From the NCBI GenBank assembly GCA_029762535.1, contig JARVGK010000002.1:73603-137602 (forward strand): a stretch of 64,000 nucleotides of DNA, in the 5' to 3' direction. Source of the stretch: Thermoplasmatota archaeon (GTDB taxonomy: Archaea; Thermoplasmatota; Penumbrarchaeia; Penumbrarchaeales; Penumbrarchaeaceae). This document shows positions 48,369-57,889 of the stretch, piece by piece (position 1 is the stretch's first letter; every line of letters begins with the position of its first letter). Under the pieces are notes generated by a model. It worked only from the letters and a program-made list of their open reading frames with translations. It ran no database searches and had not been told where the DNA came from. The translations under genes and the position numbers were made by a program.

Positions 48369-49197
48369 ATGGGATCCAAATCCCTATCGTCAATTTCTAG
48401 TGTTACATCAATGAGTGTTACTTTGATGAGAAGATGTTGGTGCTCCCGACGGAACCTTTGGATCGTCCTCACATTGACGGGAAATCAGATCCAAAGGTTC
48501 AGGAAAATGCCCAACGGGCATTTTTCGTATAAAAGCAATGTTAAGCATCCATTTCCGGGAACTTTACTATTTGACGGAAGGAAATGGATGAGAGAAGGGA
48601 GCACACTTGTAAGCAATGAAGATGTTGGTGCTCCCGACGGAATTTGATGCTTGGAAAGTCACCTGTGACTTTCCGCATCTCGCGAGATGCTGATCGTCAA
48701 ATAGAGATACGCATCTCACGAGAACCCGGACTGGTCAGTGATCAATTGGTGGGATTCAAATCCCTACCGTCAAATCCTAGCGTTACATCAAGGGGTATTA
48801 CATCTATGATAAGATGTTGGTGCTCCCGACGGAACCTTTGGACTGTCCATAATATGACGATAATTCAAGTCCAAAGGTCCAGGAAAATGCCCAACGGGCA
48901 TTTTTCGTATAGAGGCAATGTAAAGCATCCATTTCCGGGAACGGTAATATTTGACGGAAGGAAATGGATGCGAGAAGGGAGCACACATCTAAGCAATGAA
49001 AAATTTGGTGCTCCCGACGGAATTTGATGCTTGGAAAGTCACCTGTGACTTTCCGCATCTCGCGAGATGCTGATCGTCAAATAGAGATACGCATCTCACG
49101 AGAACCCTGACTGGTCAGTGATCAATTGGTGGGATTCAAATCCCTACCGTCAAATCCTAGCGTTACATCAAGGGGTATTACATCTATGATAAGATGT
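48369..49197. repeat. tandem repeat array (A 188 bp + B 192 bp) x2 in front of tRNA-Glu; each unit begins with the tRNA 3' end (TGGTGCTCCCGACGGAA)
   Basis: Unit starts at 48438, 48626, 48818 and 49006, then the tRNA at 49198. Unit B holds perfect palindromes GCATCTCGCGAGATGC and GGAAAGTCAC-CTG-TGACTTTCC, plus a T-arm-like GGGATTCAAATCCC. Unit A holds the hairpin AAAATGCCCAACGGGCATTTT. Confidence 0.8.
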
Positions 49198-49273
49198 TGG
49201 TGCTCCCGACGGAATTTGAATCCGTGTCGCTGGCTCGAGAGGCCAGCATGATTGGCCACTACACTACGGGAGC
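49198..49273 (-). tRNA. tRNA-Glu (anticodon CUC), CCA encoded
   Basis: Minus strand: GCTCCCGTAGTGTAGTGGCCAATCATGCTGGCCTCTCGAGCCAGCGACACGGATTCAAATCCGTCGGGAGCACCA. Anticodon stem CTGGC/GCCAG, loop CTCTCGA, T-arm ACGGA-TTCAAAT-CCGT. Confidence 0.75.
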
Positions 49274-49333
49274 AACCCTTTGTCGTGGTAGAAGCGCCCA
49301 ATGAAGAGGTCCTTTATAAATCTTATCGGAACA

Positions 49334-50998
49334 TCACTTGCCTTTGACCTTGGCCCAGGTGTCCCTCAGCGTTATGGTCCTGTTGATCACGAGCCTGTCG
49401 GGATCGCTGTCCGGATCGATGCAGAAGTAACCTAACCTCTCGAACTGGAAACGTGAGAGATGTGGAAGCTTCCCGACGATCTGCTCCACCTTGCACCCCT
49501 TGAGGACCTTCAGCGAATCATGGTCGATATACTCTGTGAAGTCCCCGGGCATCGAGAGGGGATCCTCAACCGTGAATAACTTGTCATACTGCCTCACCTC
49601 GGCATCGATCGCATGTTTGGCCGACACCCAGTGCAGGGTGGACCTCACCTTCCTGCCGTCAGGGGCATCCCCTCCCCTGGAGGCGGGATCCACCTTGCAC
49701 ACTATCTCTTTCACCTCGCTCCCGTCCTTGACCACATTCGTGCAGGTGACGAGATACGCGTTCCTCAGCCGGACCTCCCTTCCTGGAGCCAGCCTGTAGA
49801 ACTTCGGGGGTGGGTCCTCCATGAAATCCTCCCTTTCGACATACACCTCGCCTGAAAAAGGGACCTTCCTCCTGCCAGCGGATGGGTCCTCGGGATTGTT
49901 GATGACATCCATCTCGTCCTCCCCTTCGTAGTTCTCGATCCTCATCAGCAGGGGGTCAAGTACGCCCATGTAGCGGGGAGACGTCCTGTTCAGGTCCTCC
50001 CTGACGGCGTGCTCCAGCGTCTCTATGGCGATCGTGGAGTTAATCTTCGCGACGCCTATCCGGGAGCAGAAATCCCTGATGGACGCGGGAGAGTAACCTC
50101 TTCTTCTCATACCGCTTATCGTGGGCATCCTGGGGTCGTCCCAGCCGGATACCAGCTTCTTCCGGACCAGTTCCAGGAGCTTCCTCTTGGACATGACGGT
50201 GTATGTCAGGTTAAGCCTTGCGAACTCTATCTGCTGGGGATGATATATCTCAAGTTCGTCCAGGAACCAGTCGTAGAGCGGCCTGTGGTTCTCGAACTCC
50301 AGAGTGCATATCGAATGGGTGATACCTTCTATCGAATCCTCCAACCCATGAGCCCAATCGTACATGGGATAGATGCACCATTCGTCCCCGGTGTTGTGAT
50401 GCGTCGAGTGCAGGATGCGGTACATGACCGGATCCCTCATGTTCATGTTGGGATGCGACATGTCGATCCTGGCCCTCAGGACCTTCTCTGCGTCCCTGAA
50501 CTCCCCTTTTCTCATCCTCTCGAACAGCTCTAAGTTCTCCTCAGTGCTCCTGTTCCTGTACTCGCTCTCTATTCCAGGGGCTGTCAGCGAACCTCTCATT
50601 CTGGATATCTCATCGGCGGTATGGTCATCGACGTAGGCCTTGCCCTTCTTGATCAGGTCCACTGCCCATTTATACATCTGCTCGAAGTAATCCGAGGCGA
50701 AGTACAGCCTTTCCTCCCAGTCGAAACCCAGCCATCTCACGTTATCCTTGATCGAACTGACGTATTCCTCCTCCTCCTTGGCGGGGTTGGTGTCGTCGAA
50801 GCGCAGGTTGCATTTTCCCCCATATTCCCCTGCGATCCCGAAGTTCAGGCAGATCGACTTCGCATGCCCTATGTGCAGGTATCCGTTGGGTTCGGGCGGG
50901 AACCTGGTATGTATCCTCCCATCGAACCTGCCCGAGGCGTTGTCCTCGTCTATGATCTCCCTTATGAAGTCCTTCGGGACCATTTTTTCCTCGACCAT
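49334..50998 (-). CDS. glnS: glutamine--tRNA ligase (GlnRS), bacterial/eukaryotic type
   Basis: Signatures: [23 protein letters not shown] (HIGH), [42 protein letters not shown] (KMSKS), [17 protein letters not shown], and the C-terminal anticodon-binding RLGYFCID. Collinear with E. coli GlnRS as recalled from memory. Confidence 0.8.
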   Translation of the reverse strand: MVEEKMVPKDFIREIIDEDNASGRFDGRIHTRFPPEPNGYLHIGHAKSICLNFGIAGEYGGKCNLRFDDTNPAKEEEEYVSSIKDNVRWLGFDWEERLYFASDYFEQMYKWAVDLIKKGKAYVDDHTADEISRMRGSLTAPGIESEYRNRSTEENLELFERMRKGEFRDAEKVLRARIDMSHPNMNMRDPVMYRILHSTHHNTGDEWCIYPMYDWAHGLEDSIEGITHSICTLEFENHRPLYDWFLDELEIYHPQQIEFARLNLTYTVMSKRKLLELVRKKLVSGWDDPRMPTISGMRRRGYSPASIRDFCSRIGVAKINSTIAIETLEHAVREDLNRTSPRYMGVLDPLLMRIENYEGEDEMDVINNPEDPSAGRRKVPFSGEVYVEREDFMEDPPPKFYRLAPGREVRLRNAYLVTCTNVVKDGSEVKEIVCKVDPASRGGDAPDGRKVRSTLHWVSAKHAIDAEVRQYDKLFTVEDPLSMPGDFTEYIDHDSLKVLKGCKVEQIVGKLPHLSRFQFERLGYFCIDPDSDPDRLVINRTITLRDTWAKVKGK

Positions 50999-51135
50999 TA
51001 CGGGTCACCAGTACAGCTAATGCCATGGTACTAATTATATCTGTCAATCGTCGAGTGGGGATTTTGAATAAAGGTCCGAACAATAACCCTGCCGCACAGC
51101 CAAGTATTTATCCCTTGATGTTCGCTCCGGGTCCG

Positions 51136-51975
51136 ATGAAAAGGCTTCGTGGCATGCTCTCCATAATCAGGCCCGAGGACTGTGCCATAAGCTCGATCGC
51201 GGTGTGGGTTGGCCTCGCTGTGTCCTCGAGGAGATTGGTCCCTTCAAGACCCCTGCCGCTATTGATGTGGGGCTTGTCCACGTTCTTCCTTGTGGCGGCC
51301 CTGAACATACTTAACGACATGGGGGATCTCGAGATCGATCGGATGATACACGAGAAGAGGGCACTTGCTTCAGGGAGGATCTCTCTGAGGCTGACCGAGA
51401 GATACCTCCTGGGAGTGATATTGGCCTCGCTCTTATTCGCTTTTATCGGAGCGATGGTCGGAAAGAGCGCTCTGCCCATGCTCATATACATCATCGGTTT
51501 GGGACTGGGATTGTTATACGAGATCAAACTCAAGCGGTTGGGGTTCCTGGGCAACATCGCCATTGCGGTGCTTTTCGCTTTCCCCCTCCTTCTGGGAGGA
51601 TCCCTCGAGAGGATCACACTGCTTCTCGTCATACTATGCTCCATGGCGGTCGTCAACGGGCTTGCAAAAGAGGTGATCAACGACGTCAAGGACCTCGAGG
51701 GGGATAGGGGAAAGAGGCCCACTCTACCGCAGTGGATCGGGGTGAAGCCATCGTTGTCCATCGCAGGGACCCTGATCATGGCGACTGTGGGTATGAGCAT
51801 ACTGCCTTTGACATTCGTTGGATGGAGCATATCCTACATCATCCTGATCTCCATCTGCGATGCGATCCTGCTATCGGTCATCGTACTTTCCTTCAGGAGG
51901 CCGATGCTGGCGCATAACGTTCACAGCCTGGGGATGCTCGCATCACTTCCAGCCTTCCTCTCGCTTTCGATCTGA
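51136..51975 (+). CDS. UbiA-family prenyltransferase (possibly a DGGGP-synthase-like archaeal lipid enzyme)
   Basis: Asp-rich NDMGDLEIDR and a second DVKDLEGDR, with 8-9 TM helices. The ORF runs from 51025. Confidence 0.6.
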   Translation: MKRLRGMLSIIRPEDCAISSIAVWVGLAVSSRRLVPSRPLPLLMWGLSTFFLVAALNILNDMGDLEIDRMIHEKRALASGRISLRLTERYLLGVILASLLFAFIGAMVGKSALPMLIYIIGLGLGLLYEIKLKRLGFLGNIAIAVLFAFPLLLGGSLERITLLLVILCSMAVVNGLAKEVINDVKDLEGDRGKRPTLPQWIGVKPSLSIAGTLIMATVGMSILPLTFVGWSISYIILISICDAILLSVIVLSFRRPMLAHNVHSLGMLASLPAFLSLSI

Positions 51976-52027
51976 GTAGGATTTGATCTTCCTCCAGTTC
52001 GAACTGGTCGGTTTAATTATAATGTAA

Positions 52028-52399
52028 TGGTAGCCCCGCTAAAATTTCCCCGAAATTTTAGAACACAAGAAAACGGATCCCCACCCCGAAAGAGGCTATG
52101 ATTGTGCAGCCACTATTCCATATAGCCTTCACATTAATAGAGATGGAATAGTGGTAGCCCCGCTAAAATTTCCCCGAAATTTTAGAACACAAGAAAACGG
52201 ATCCCCACCCCGAACATGGCTATGATTGTGCAGCCACTATTCCATATAGCCTTCACATTAATAGAGATGGAATAGTGGTAGCCCCGCTAAAATTTCCCCG
52301 AAATTTTAGAACACAAGAAAACGGATCCCCACCCCGAAAGAGGCTATGATTGTGCAGCCACTATTCCATATAGCCTTCACATTAATAGAGATGGAATAG
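52028..52399. repeat. 3 x 124-bp tandem repeats in front of tRNA-Gln, each starting with the tRNA 3'-terminal 11-mer (TGGTAGCCCCG)
   Basis: Copies start at 52028, 52152 and 52276, then the tRNA at 52400. Copy 2 differs by GAACATGG versus GAAAGAGG. A T-arm-like CCAGTTCGAACTGGTCGG sits in the opposite orientation at about 51997. Confidence 0.8.
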
Positions 52400-52475
52400 T
52401 GGTAGCCCCGACCAGATTCGAACTGGTGACAAGAGATCCAGAGTCTCCTATGCTAGACCGCTACACTACGGGGCT
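52400..52475 (-). tRNA. tRNA-Gln (anticodon CUG), CCA encoded
   Basis: Minus strand: AGCCCCGTAGTGTAGCGGTCTAGCATAGGAGACTCTGGATCTCTTGTCACCAGTTCGAATCTGGTCGGGGCTACCA. Anticodon stem GGAGA/TCTCT, loop CTCTGGA, T-arm ACCAG-TTCGAAT-CTGGT. Confidence 0.75.
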
Positions 52476-52596
52476 ATGCTGTCGGGGCGAGGGATTATTC
52501 AAAATATATATTACCCTTGCGGTCGGGGTAGATCCCTTCAGGATAACATCTCCTGCGATAATGTTAATAAGAAGCAGCATGTTCGCCTCCCCGATA

Positions 52597-52827
52597 TCAA
52601 TGGCCGAGGAAAAAGAGATCAAACTGCCAGACAACATAATAAAAGGGCTTTTCTTCCTTCTGATGCTCGCCGGGATCCTCCTGCTGGTCATCTGGACCGC
52701 CGTGGCCCTCATCCCCCAGGGGATATTCTTCGACCTGGGTCTCTACTCCATAAGCTCGGTCATGATCCTAGGCGGCCTAACAGGATGGCTCCTCTACTCC
52801 CACAGGGAGAAGCTCCAGTCCTCCTGA
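52597..52827 (+). CDS. small membrane protein (2 TM), hypothetical
   Basis: C-terminal part of ORF 52399..52827. The 5' portion of that ORF overlaps the tRNA and is discounted. Confidence 0.25.
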   Translation, partial: SMAEEKEIKLPDNIIKGLFFLLMLAGILLLVIWTAVALIPQGIFFDLGLYSISSVMILGGLTGWLLYSHREKLQSS

Positions 52828-52876
52828 TCCATCTCCGTTACTTACGATCCATTCCACATTCGCGGCGGGATCGCAA

Positions 52877-53482
52877 ATGGGATCGGAACATGTTAACGGT
52901 TCGTTCGACAGTATCGCTTCCGCGGCCGGATGGCTGCACCTATCCGAATTGGACCCGTCCAATTTCGGCAACATCTCGGTCCTGCATCGTAAGTCCTCAT
53001 GTACCGCTCCAGCCCTTGAGCGCTTCGATGTTCCTGGAGACCAAACAGAGCTCATCGATTCATTACTGTTCATCACGCGGGCGGGGTCCACGATGAAGGA
53101 GGTCATGGAACGCCCGTTGTTGAACATCGGTGCATATCGTATCGAACAAGGTTCCTCGATGTCCCTCATCTATGGCGTCGGACCGCCATCCTCCGAGATC
53201 GCCGCCCATCTGGAGATCTACAAGGCTCTCCTCTTGGACGAAATCTCGATCCTGCACTTCCACGATGATCCCCTCCTTGAGAGGATCTCCTCCATTTCGG
53301 ATCCTCCGGACTGGATACGTATGATACCAGAGCTATTGCCGGGATCCCTCGAGCTCGCCAAGACGTCCGCGGAGGAGGCCTCGTCATCCCGCCTGCTTGT
53401 CTGGAGGGGGCATGGATTGACCGTGATATCCGAAAGCATCGAGGACGCAATCATAATGGTGGAAAGGGCAATGGCCATCTAG
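52877..53482 (+). CDS. class II aldolase/adducin-family protein
   Basis: GNISVL and HGLTVISESIEDAIIMVE resemble the class II aldolase signatures. Confidence 0.4.
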   Translation: MGSEHVNGSFDSIASAAGWLHLSELDPSNFGNISVLHRKSSCTAPALERFDVPGDQTELIDSLLFITRAGSTMKEVMERPLLNIGAYRIEQGSSMSLIYGVGPPSSEIAAHLEIYKALLLDEISILHFHDDPLLERISSISDPPDWIRMIPELLPGSLELAKTSAEEASSSRLLVWRGHGLTVISESIEDAIIMVERAMAI

Positions 53483-55858
53483 GCAGTGAGCCTGTTCCTG
53501 ATGTGCAGGGCTATCTGGAGTTTTCCGATATGCCATGCAGAAATGAAGGCAGTGGTCAAGCCCGTCAACAGGGCGATAGCCGCCGTCGCGAAATAGACCA
53601 AAACAGGGACCTCGAGCACGAAATACATGATGTCCCGGGCAATGTAGGCAAAGGACCATACGGTGGCGTAATAAGCGAGCGGGAAACCGATAATGAAGGA
53701 TGCCAGGATCAAGCCTGCGGTCTCGAGGACCAGCATCCTCCGAATGCTCATGGGGCGGACTCCCATCGCTCTCAGGTTCACGAGATCGTCCTGGCGATCG
53801 AGGATCCCGAGGGTGACCGTTGTCCCAATGAAAAGGACCTCGGCCAGGACCCCGAAGAGGATGAATATGTAGAGTATGGCGGTGATCCCCTGCATCATCG
53901 CCTCCATCCCATGGAGGACATCGGATGAATATACGATATTGGTAACGTTGAGACCGCTCCTCAGCGCCTCCTCGAACAGGGGTTTGTCCCCCTCGTCCAA
54001 ACCTCCAACGACGAACGTATCGATCCGTTCCCCATCGCCTCTAAGGGAGATGACATTCTCGAGTTCCATCATTATCGAATCGTCCATGAGCTCTCCCGTG
54101 ATCCCGACGATCATCAGACTGGCATTTGAGCTCCCCAGTCCTATTATGACCTCGTCCCCCACCCCTAAAGAGAGGTCCCTGGCCAATTTGGACCCCATCA
54201 ACGCCCCTCTTTCGTGGTCCTGTGACCCTTCGATGACGTTGTATCTCCTCAATTTCGTATCCCTGGTGTATGCCTGCAGCCTGACGAAATGCATGCCATC
54301 GGAGTCATACAGCGGAACGAACTCCTCCAATGCTGGCTCGTAGATGAGGTCCAGTTCGCTCGCGTTAATGGCTTCGCGTATGGATGAACGGTCCACTCCC
54401 TCGGACAGGACCACTCTGGCATCGAACATCTCGTATTCCTCGTAATTCCTCTCAAGAGGCCTGGTGAACCCCACTACCATGCTGATGCTCGCAAAGACCA
54501 GTACGAGGGATACGGACAGAGCGCACACTGTCATAAGGGTCCGTACCCTGTGACGGGAGATGTCGCGAACGATCATCCTGGGAAGGACCCTGTTCCCTAT
54601 GAACGGCTGTAAGAATCGCTCCATGAAGGGTTTCTTGTTGAAATCCACGGTGCGATAGCTGGAATACAGGGCCTCCCTCGGTCCTATCCGGAGTATCCTG
54701 AACGCGCTCAGGGCCGCCGCTGCCGTCGAAATGGCCACTCCAAGTATGACGAATATCAGAGGGTATGCCGGATTCAGATCTGTCACGGGGTCCACCAACC
54801 CGATGACGTCGGCGTACGCGAGGACGGTGACGTAGGAGAGGATGTATCCGAACAGGATCCCGGGCACAGCCCCGGCCAGCCCCAGGAAGGACCCGAACAA
54901 TGTGTAATGTGACACTATGTATCCCTTGTTCCCGCCCATGGCCATCATCACTCCGATATAGGTCCTCTGTGAATGGATCAGCTTGGTCAGCGAATTGTAT
55001 ATGACCACGCCCGTGACGATCATGATGATGATCCCGAAAGCCCAACCGGTCTGCCCCATCGCCTCGGCATCGGTCCTCGAGAACGCGTAATCGGGGCTCT
55101 CCGATCCCGGAACTGCTGAGCGGACGGTGATCCCTTCAGCTATGAGCGTCTCCAGTATGGCCCCGGTAGCTTCCTCGTCCATATCCTTTTCAAGATCGAT
55201 CACGATCTGGTTGTATGTGCCGTTCTCAAGGCCGAAAGAAGCCCATGCCACCTGGTCGGAAACGAAGACAGGGGCCAGTAATGATGGCTGTGGCCAGCCG
55301 GCCTCGTCGATGACATAGAGATACTCCGGAGATGCCGCGATGCCCACTATGATCAAATCCACGGGGTCCGAGTCCGAGAAGAACGATATTCGATCCCCCA
55401 AACCCACCCCTCTCTCCCTGGCGAACTGGTTGCCTATGATGCATTCCCTCGCATCCGGGGTTGAAAAATACTTGCCCTTGACGAGCTGAATGCCGTTCAC
55501 CGAAGCATAAGGCGGTTCCGGATCGAAAGCCGATGAGATGATATGGGCCTTGTAAGTCGAACCGGAGTATGCAGCCCTGGTCAAGATGAAGTTCCTGGGC
55601 AGGGAATGCTCGACCGATGGCAAATTATCGATCTCGGATACATCGATCGCGGACCGGTCGAAGTTTATCGACAGGTCCATGTAGTTGGTGGCATCCAGAC
55701 GCTCATCGAAGGACCTTATAGCGCCGTACGTGGCGTTCACCAGGCCTATTCCCAGTGCTACCGAGAGCATGATCGCAAGGACGATCGAGATCGACCTCAG
55801 TTTGGACCGCAGCATGTCCCTAAGGGTCTTTCTCACGAGCAGCCTCACATCCCTCACC
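53479..55858 (-). CDS. ABC transporter permease, FtsX/MacB-like (two FtsX 4-TM bundles with large extracytoplasmic domains)
   Basis: About 790 aa. The start is probably the GTG overlapping the ATPase TGA (GTGA at about 55855). Confidence 0.65.
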
Positions 55859-56534
55859 CCTCGTAGGTCTTGCCGTCCCTGATCCTGATGACGACATCCG
55901 CAAGACTGGATATCTTCGGGTCGTGGGAGACGACGATGAAAGTCTTCTTCTCCCTGGAGCATATATCCCTCATGAGAGAGGCTATGGTCATACCGGTCTC
56001 CTGGTCGAGGTTACCCGTCGGCTCGTCCGCCAGGACTATCCTGGGCCTTTTGACGAGCGCTCTGGCTATGGCGACCCTCTGCTGCTCCCCGCCGGAGAGC
56101 TGGGACGGAAAGCTGTCGACCCGGTCCTTCAACCCGACATGTTCCAGATACTCCCTCGCCCTCTCCATCATATCTTTTCGATCCCCGGCCATGTCCAGGG
56201 AGAGAGCGACGTTCTCCAGAGCGGTCAGGGACGGGATCAGGTTGAAGAACTGGAATATCCATCCGACGGAATCCCTTCTGTACGCGGACAGCCTGGATTC
56301 AGGGTATGCCGCTATATCCTCACCGTCGATGATCACCGATCCGGAATCAGGTGTATCTATGCCGCCTATGACGTTCAAAAGCGTGGTCTTTCCCGATCCG
56401 GAGGGGCCCAGGACCACGACGAATTTCCCCCTGTCTATGACAAGGTCCACGCCGTCAAGTGCCTTGATATCCACCTCTCCCATCTTGAACGTCTTTTTAA
56501 CGTCCTTCAATACTATTCGCTCAGCCATTTCCAC
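55854..56534 (-). CDS. ABC transporter ATP-binding protein (MacB/LolD-like)
   Basis: Walker A GPSGSGKTTLL. Signature LSGGEQQRVAIARAL. Walker B IVLADEPTGNLD. Confidence 0.8.
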   Translation of the reverse strand: MEMAERIVLKDVKKTFKMGEVDIKALDGVDLVIDRGKFVVVLGPSGSGKTTLLNVIGGIDTPDSGSVIIDGEDIAAYPESRLSAYRRDSVGWIFQFFNLIPSLTALENVALSLDMAGDRKDMMERAREYLEHVGLKDRVDSFPSQLSGGEQQRVAIARALVKRPRIVLADEPTGNLDQETGMTIASLMRDICSREKKTFIVVSHDPKISSLADVVIRIRDGKTYEG

Positions 56535-57243
56535 CCCTCAGATCGTATAGTATGTCCCTCATCACCTTTTCCCTGCAGGAGCTTGTGAAGAAGGCATGCC
56601 CTCCTTCGAATTCGCTCTTCCGGCATGGGGATCCCTCAATGAGGGAAGTATCGATGATGTTATCGGACCTTGAATAGTATATGGTGTCTTCGGTATGCGG
56701 AGGCGGCATGCCCACCTGAGCCTTACGGAACTGGTATATGGTCCTGAGGGATATCCTCCTCGGGATCGCCTCCATATCCTTCTCCGTTGTGATATCCCCT
56801 ATCTGGGGCCTCTCATAGCCTCTGTAGAAGAGAGGGATGCCAGAGAACCTGAATGTGGAGAGGATAGGCCCCATGAGAGGTATTCGCCTGTGCTCCGGGA
56901 TCCCCCAGAAGGGACTGAGGAATATCCTCTTTTTGGCCCATTCCATATATCTCCCGGCGATGCACCCCATGCTGTGGGCTACAAGTATCGGGGGATCGCC
57001 CTCGGAGGTTAACTCCCAGACAGGATCTATGACCTCCCTCTTGAAGTCCCGGATAACGACGGGGATCCTTACGGCTGTGACGGAGTAGTTCATTTCCTTC
57101 AGGCGTTTCAGGAACCAGAGTATCCCGGGTTGATCGAAGTCGTTCCCCCACCCCATGACGAAGAGGACGTGTTCGATCCCGGCTTCGTACCGTCTTACTT
57201 CATACCCTGAATGCCCCATGGATACCGTATGATCTCTCCCCAT
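56521..57243 (-). CDS. alpha/beta-hydrolase fold protein (paralog 1)
   Basis: Nucleophile elbow AHSMG. Paralogous to 59270..59962. Confidence 0.5.
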   Translation of the reverse strand: MGRDHTVSMGHSGYEVRRYEAGIEHVLFVMGWGNDFDQPGILWFLKRLKEMNYSVTAVRIPVVIRDFKREVIDPVWELTSEGDPPILVAHSMGCIAGRYMEWAKKRIFLSPFWGIPEHRRIPLMGPILSTFRFSGIPLFYRGYERPQIGDITTEKDMEAIPRRISLRTIYQFRKAQVGMPPPHTEDTIYYSRSDNIIDTSLIEGSPCRKSEFEGGHAFFTSSCREKVMRDILYDLRGGNG

Positions 57244-57430
57244 ATTTACATACCCTCCTTCCTCTTAGGGATCGCCCTTACCGGGACATTATACTGTGTA
57301 GAAAGAGCAGGATGGGGGCATGTAGGGGGCCACTGAAGATATGGAGGGTACAACGATCGTAAATCTATCCATGCCTCTTCATGACACTGCGGACTTTATG
57401 ATCGCCGATGTAGAAAAGTGAGAAAAAGTA

Positions 57431-57889
57431 TCAGGCGAGGATCATGGCCAAGCCTTCGGCTGGCCTGATACATTCCACTTTGCATCTGTCGGATCTGTCG
57501 ATCTCGCTCTTCAAGGGTCCATCCTGGGAAACGATCGGTCTGTCGAAGAACCTTGCTATCGGAAGAAGGAACCGATCCTTTTGGTTGATATCTAAGAAAT
57601 CCAGATGATGTTCCGATCCTTCGCCGCAAACATCCTCGGGACAATATTCAATTCTATCGGAATCGATCAGGACCCTCTTTATCACTTTGAAGAAGTTGAT
57701 CTGGGAATAATCTTTACCCAGTTCCTCCAAATGACCCCAATACCTCCTGTACAGTTTCTCATTCAAACAGAATATCGATCTCGACATGATGAATTCTTTC
57801 ATGAAAGGCGATGAATCCCCTTCGTCCTTGACGAAGAATATGATCACGTTCTCGTCGATGACAAATTGACATTTTGCCAAATCGATCAC
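57431..57889 (-). CDS. small partner protein of the AAA ATPase (TOPRIM-like / DUF4276- or RloB-like?)
   Basis: 152 aa. Acidic IIFFVKDEGDS near the N-terminus. Its start overlaps the ATPase stop (ATGA). AT-rich. Confidence 0.4.
   Translation of the reverse strand: MIDLAKCQFVIDENVIIFFVKDEGDSSPFMKEFIMSRSIFCLNEKLYRRYWGHLEELGKDYSQINFFKVIKRVLIDSDRIEYCPEDVCGEGSEHHLDFLDINQKDRFLLPIARFFDRPIVSQDGPLKSEIDRSDRCKVECIRPAEGLAMILA

Noticed and set aside
48369-49027. ORFs 48369..48647 (+), 48644..49027 (+) and 48788..49058 (-) inside the repeat array
   Set aside because: They are generated by the tandem repeat itself (the same peptide repeats with the unit). They have no start context and overlap each other. 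They are treated as non-coding.
48369-49197. Regularly spaced repeats near the tRNAs (also 52028-52399) considered as CRISPR arrays
   Set aside because: The units are 124 and 188/192 bp with no unique spacers between short repeats. Whole units repeat, each starting with a tRNA 3' end. No cas genes are present. They are tandem duplications, not CRISPR.
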